Below are positions 54,953 through 64,000 of a stretch of 64,000 nucleotides of DNA, one piece after another. Where the stretch lies: assembly GCF_009914755.1 (NCBI RefSeq), contig NC_060925.1; one strand, 5' to 3'. Source of the stretch: the human T2T-CHM13v2.0 reference genome, Homo sapiens. The notes beneath the pieces are model-generated. The model worked only from the letters and a program-made list of their open reading frames with translations, did no database searches and was not told the DNA's origin. Every line of letters begins with the position of its first letter. The stretch's first letter is position 1. The position numbers and the translations under genes were made by a program.

Positions 54953-56710
54953 AAAACTTTATGGCAAATATACGTGTACAGTGACAAAAATCTGAGCAAT
55001 AGATACAATTAGGGTTCTCTATGTATTTGTACATATTTTGGGGGGGAATAAAGTGAGATAGGGAAGCAATTACGCTTAATACAGATGTTGTTAATTTGGT
55101 ATTAATATGGATCTAAAAGCAAGACCCTTTCATTTATATCAACATGTCAATACGCCAGTGTATCAAAGGAGCATGAGAATGTCCTGTACTCACTAGAGGA
55201 GCATGGAGGAACACATGGTTTGGTGAATATGAAGTTGTAGGTGTGAGAAATGCATGGAAGTCCAGAATGGAAGCCTTGATAGTAGCTGGGGCAGAAAGAA
55301 CAATGGGACTGACAGTGGGTAAGAGTGAGACACATGGTGGTAGTTGTTGCAGAATAGTGGGAGGAGAGGAAGAGCACAAGAGACACTCAGTTACAATATA
55401 AGCGTGTAGTGTTAGACATCAAGGGAGACCATGGAAGAGAGTAATGTAACCTACATGGGAGGCAGGGAAAAGCTTGACAGGAACATTTTACACGTTACAA
55501 ACAGCAACAACAGCATGGGCGGGAGTTCTGAAGCACCAAGCTAGAAGAGTGCCAAAGTTGAAAAGGGCTCAGGAAGGGGTTTGTTTCTTTAGCAAAAAGC
55601 AGAAAAAGCAATAGATAAGAGAAATGACAGCAGTAGCTGAATTGGACATCAACCGCGATACAGGGAAGGGGGAAGAGATGAATTCAGGATGCCCCAGAGG
55701 CAAAAGCAAATGACCATTATGCATAAATGTGGGTGCACACTAATCACCAGGGAATTCTTTGTCTTTGTGCTGAGTTAGAGGAGCTTTAAAGATGACTAGA
55801 AAACAGCAAGTAGAAGGGGGAGGAGCCAAGATGGCCGAATAGGAACAGCTCTGGTCTACAGCTCCCAGCGTGAGCGACGCAGAAGACGGGTGATTTCTGC
55901 ATTTCCATCTGAGGTACCGGGTTCATCTCACTAGGGAGTGCCAGACAGTGGGCACAGGTCAGTGGGTGCGCGCCCCATGCGCAAGCCGAAGCAGGGCGAG
56001 GCATTGCCTCATTCAGGAAGCGCAAGGGGTCATGGAGTTCCCTTTCTTAGTCAAAGAAAGTGGTGACAGACGGCACCTGGAAAATCGGGTCACTCCCACC
56101 CGAATACTGCGATTTTCCAACGGGCTTAAAAAACGGCACACCAGGAGATTATATCCCACACGTGGCCCACCAGTCAGTCTCACTGATTGCTAGCACAGGG
56201 GTCTGAGATCAAACTGCAAGGCAGCAGCCAGGCTGGGGGAGGGGCGCCCACCATTGCCCAGGCTTGCTTAGGTAAACAAAGCAGCCTGGAAGCTCAAACT
56301 GGGTGGAGCCCACCACAGCTCAAAGGAAGCCTGCCTTCCTCTGTAGGCTCCACCTCTGGGGGCAGGGCACAGACAAACAAAAAGACAGCAGTAACCTCTG
56401 CAGACTTAAATGTCCCCATCTGACAGCTTTGAAGAGAGCAGTGGTTCTCCCAGCACGCAGCTGGAGATCTGAGAACAGGCAGACTGCCTCCTCAAGTGGG
56501 TCCCTGACCCCTGACCCCTGAGTAGCCTAACTGGGAGGCATCCCCCAGCAGGGGCACACTGACACCTCACACGGCCGGGTACTCCAAAAGACCTGCAGCT
56601 GAAGGTCCTGTCTGTTAGAAGGAAAACTAAAAAATGGAAAGGACATCCACACCAAAACCCCATCTGTACATCACCATCATCAAAGACCAAAAGTAGATAA
56701 AACCACAAAG

Positions 56711-57728
56711 ATGGGGAAAAAACAGAGCAGAAAAACTGGAAACTCTAAAAAGCAGAGCGCCTCTCCTCCTCCAAAGGAACGCAGTTCCTCACCAGCAACG
56801 GAACAAAGCTGGACGGAGAATGACTTTGACGAGCTGAGAGAAGAAGGCTTCAGACGATCAAATTACTCCGAGCTATGGGAGGACATTCAAACCAAAGGCA
56901 AAGAAGTTGAAAATTTTGACAAAATTTTAGAAGAATGTATAACTAGAATAACCAATACAGAGAAGTGCTTAAAGGAGCTGATGGACCTGAAAACCAAGGC
57001 TTGAGAACTACGTGAAGAATGCAGAAGCCTCAGGAGCCGATGAGATCAACTGGAAGAAAGGGTATCAGCGATGGAAGATGAAATGAATGAAATGAAGTGA
57101 GAAGGGAAGTTTAGAGAAAAAAGAATAGAAAGAAACGAGCAAAGCCTCCAAGAAATATGGGACTATGTGAAAAGACCAAATCTACGTCTGATTGGTGTAC
57201 CTGAAAGTGACGGGGAGAATGGAACCAAGTTGGAAAACACTCTGCAGGATGTTATCCAGGAGAACTTCCCCAATCTAGCAAGGCAGGCCAACATTCAGAT
57301 TCAGGAAATACAGAGAACGCCACAAAGATACTCCTTGAGAAGAGCAACACGAAGACACACATTTGTGAGATTCACCAAAGTTGAAATGAAGGAAAAAATG
57401 TTAAGGGCAGCCAGAGAGAAAGGTCGGGTTACCCTCAAAGGGAAGCCCATCAGACTAACAGCAGATCTCTCAGCAGAAACTCTACAAGCCAGAAGAGAGT
57501 GGGGGGCCAATATTCAACATTCTTAAAGAAAAGAATTTTCAAACCAGAATTTCATATCCAGCCAAACTAAGCTTCATAAGTGAAGGAGAAATAAAATACT
57601 TTACAGACAAGCAAATGCTGAGAGAGTTTGTCACCACCAGGCCTGCCCTAAAAGAGCTCCTGAAGGAAGTGCTAAACATGGAAAGGAACAACTGGTACCA
57701 GCCACTGCAAAATCATGCCAAAATGTAA
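56711..57728 (+). pseudogene. L1 ORF1p, disrupted
   Basis: MGKKQSRKTGNSK... with premature TGA at 57002, 57041 and 57098, and a +1 G frameshift at ~57501. Confidence 0.93.
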
Positions 57729-57791
57729 AGACCATCGAGACTAGGAAGAAACTGCATCAACTAACGAGCAAAATAACCAGCTAACATCATA

Positions 57792-61608
<3,817 letters not shown>

Positions 61609-64000
61609 ACAATGAGAACACATGGACACAGGAAGGGGAATATCACACTCTGGGGACTGTGGTGGGGTTGGGGGAGGGGGCAGGGATAGCATTGGGAGAT
61701 ATACCTAATGCTAGATGTCGAGTTAGTGGGTGCAGCCCACCAGCATGGCACATGTACACATATGTAACTAACCTGCACATTGTGCATATGTACCCTAAAA
61801 CTTAAAGTATATTAATAATAATAATAAAAAAAAGAAAACAGCAAGTAGAAAAGGAAGGCACAGAAAAAATGAAAGCATAATAATTCACTGAGGAATCAGC
61901 AACCTCAGAAATTCTATTTGTTAATTTTTCTATAAGGGGCCCAGGAGAGGAAACTATAATAAAATAATATTGTGGCCTTCATCCTCATGAGTCCTCACCT
62001 CCTCCTTCAGTGCAGGAACTTTCTTCTGGAATATTGCTGAGGATCAACACCTTTCCTGCTCACTGGCCGTCCGGTTCATGGTGGGAACACTTCTCTCCCC
62101 AGGGCTGGTTCCCACACTCATGTCTGAATAAGCCACGCAGTCTCTCATTAAAACAAAAAAAAGTCGTTACAGAAGCCTCTTTTTGGGGGAGGCTACTGCA
62201 AACTCAGGGAACTCGCTGAACAACCTATTTATTGGAACTGACAATTGTTCGCAATGGGTTTCCCTACAGGACAGGCTGGTGTGGGGAGATCTGGTGGTAA
62301 AGGCCAAGCACGTAGCACTTCTTCAGCACTGCATTTACAAATAGGAAATGGGACATGGCTTTCTTCCCAGGAAGAGCCTGTATGTTTATATTACTCCCAC
62401 AAAGGGAAATCTGTAAAACCAGACCATTTTGTCCTAGAGTCATATAAAGTCATATCATTTGATTTTCAGAAACACTTAGAAGAAAAGGACGACTGTAGGC
62501 CTGCTTTACTATGTGCATAGGTGGGTAGAAGTGAGGAGGGCATATTATAAAATGAATTTGCATTCCATTGAGCCAACATGGTTATATCAAATATTAAATA
62601 TTTTATTTATTCAAGGACTACTAAGTGATTGTGACATCTAGAGGCCACATTCCCAGTAATTAAGAGCAAATGCCATAGCTAATGCACAGGAGAGGGACAA
62701 GACTCAGAAGACTTTGGTTATAATTCCTATTCGACCTCTCACTGGCTTTCCATGTCCATCTCTACATAGACAAGGAGCCTGAGGGTAGAGACTGTGTCTC
62801 ATTTCTAATTCTTCGTACTTGGATTGTACCTGCAAAACAGGCACTCCACAAATGCTTGTTCACTGAGTATATTAGGTGAATCCACATGGAACTGCCAGTG
62901 TTTTTGGTAAAAAATAGTAATCAAATATTACAATTTCATGTGACTCAACATAATATTTCCATCTAATTTTGTCCACATATTGTATGAATTTGCCTTTCCC
63001 TAAATGTGCTCATGTTTCTGTGCCCTACTTTTTAATTGAAAAGCCCTTTCTCCTGTCCTATATCGATCATATTCCTTCCTTGAACATTCTTGTGAATTAC
63101 TCATTCCCAGGCACACCCAGCATTTGCTAGCTGGTATCTCTGTGTGTCCTCCTCTAAATTGTAGTCATATTGCATTTCCTCAGTGCCTACACAAACATTT
63201 GTCATAATGTTGAATTACCTATCTAAGGATAAAGTCACTATAGCTCTGAAACCCAGTTTCCTTCCTAGAGAAAGAAGATAATCCCTGCCTGGCCAATATA
63301 ACAGAACTGTTGAGAGTTAACATATGAGGACTTAAAATGATTAACAGTAAAGCCTCCAGGTTGTTCTTCTTAAAGGGGGTGGTTTGAAAATGTTAAGTGC
63401 TATTAATAGGCAATTTGTTTTCAGCTCAATCTCAGGGAGGGATTGACTTCCTAGCCAAAACATTTCAAAAGATGCATCCAGTTGACAGACTGAAAAGAGA
63501 ATGTCGATCACATAGGGAGGACACACAAAGAGAACACAGACAGAGTCCTTGTGTTGAAGAGAAAGAGACCAAGAATTGTCACATGCACAATTATTCCCTT
63601 TAACTAGTAACAGGGGCACACAGCACTTGATAGGGTGAACTGAAAGAAATCAAAGGCTGCATGTGAGAGCAAACTAAGGACTGCTCTGTGTACAAATGAA
63701 GAACTTTTGGGGGAATAATTATAACAGCATTAAAGTAAGGAGAGGGGAGGGGAAAAGGAGGCAAGGAGGGAGAAGTGAGGGCTAAGAATATCATAGGACA
63801 CACAAGAGAGTATCACAAGTACTTGGAGAAGATTCTAGACTCAATGAAGAGTGGCAGACTACTCCCTTAGGCACAATAGTTAAGGGATATTTCTTAGTTC
63901 TTAATTGGGAGAAGCTAGAGACTCATAATAAATATGTGACTTTTGGCAAGTTGCTGAATGTTACTTTAAAAACTGGTATTAATAGTTCCTATCTTATAGA

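Overview
Human (primate) genomic DNA, not prokaryotic. The window covers the 5' end of the T-box gene TBX15 on the minus strand. Coding exon 1 lies at 22776-22980 (68 codons + 1 nt, with the eh1/Groucho motif FSVEALI and the NLS KKRKLR). Its long intron 1 runs off the left edge, so no T-box-domain exons are present. A CCAAT-box proximal promoter (~23.5 kb) and a probable distal non-coding first exon (~24.6-24.75 kb) sit inside a ~29-kb, transposon-poor chain of CpG islands (15-44 kb) typical of a Polycomb-regulated developmental gene. The right third is transposon-rich: a long L2 with nested MST, AluJ and MLT1 inserts, a near-pristine AluYg6-like element, MER5A, a solo LTR1-type LTR inside an MLT1, and a full-length dead L1PA2/PA3 (55816-61832) whose antisense promoter points towards TBX15. 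Nearly all other ORFs in the track are spurious. I found no convincing new biological system. The best leads are regulatory or evolutionary: promoter choice toggling eh1+NLS, two uORFs, a possible L1-antisense/TBX15 chimera, orphan CpG islands, an intermediate AluYg element, and small local duplications. Repeat subfamily calls come from remembered consensus sequences, not from a RepeatMasker run.
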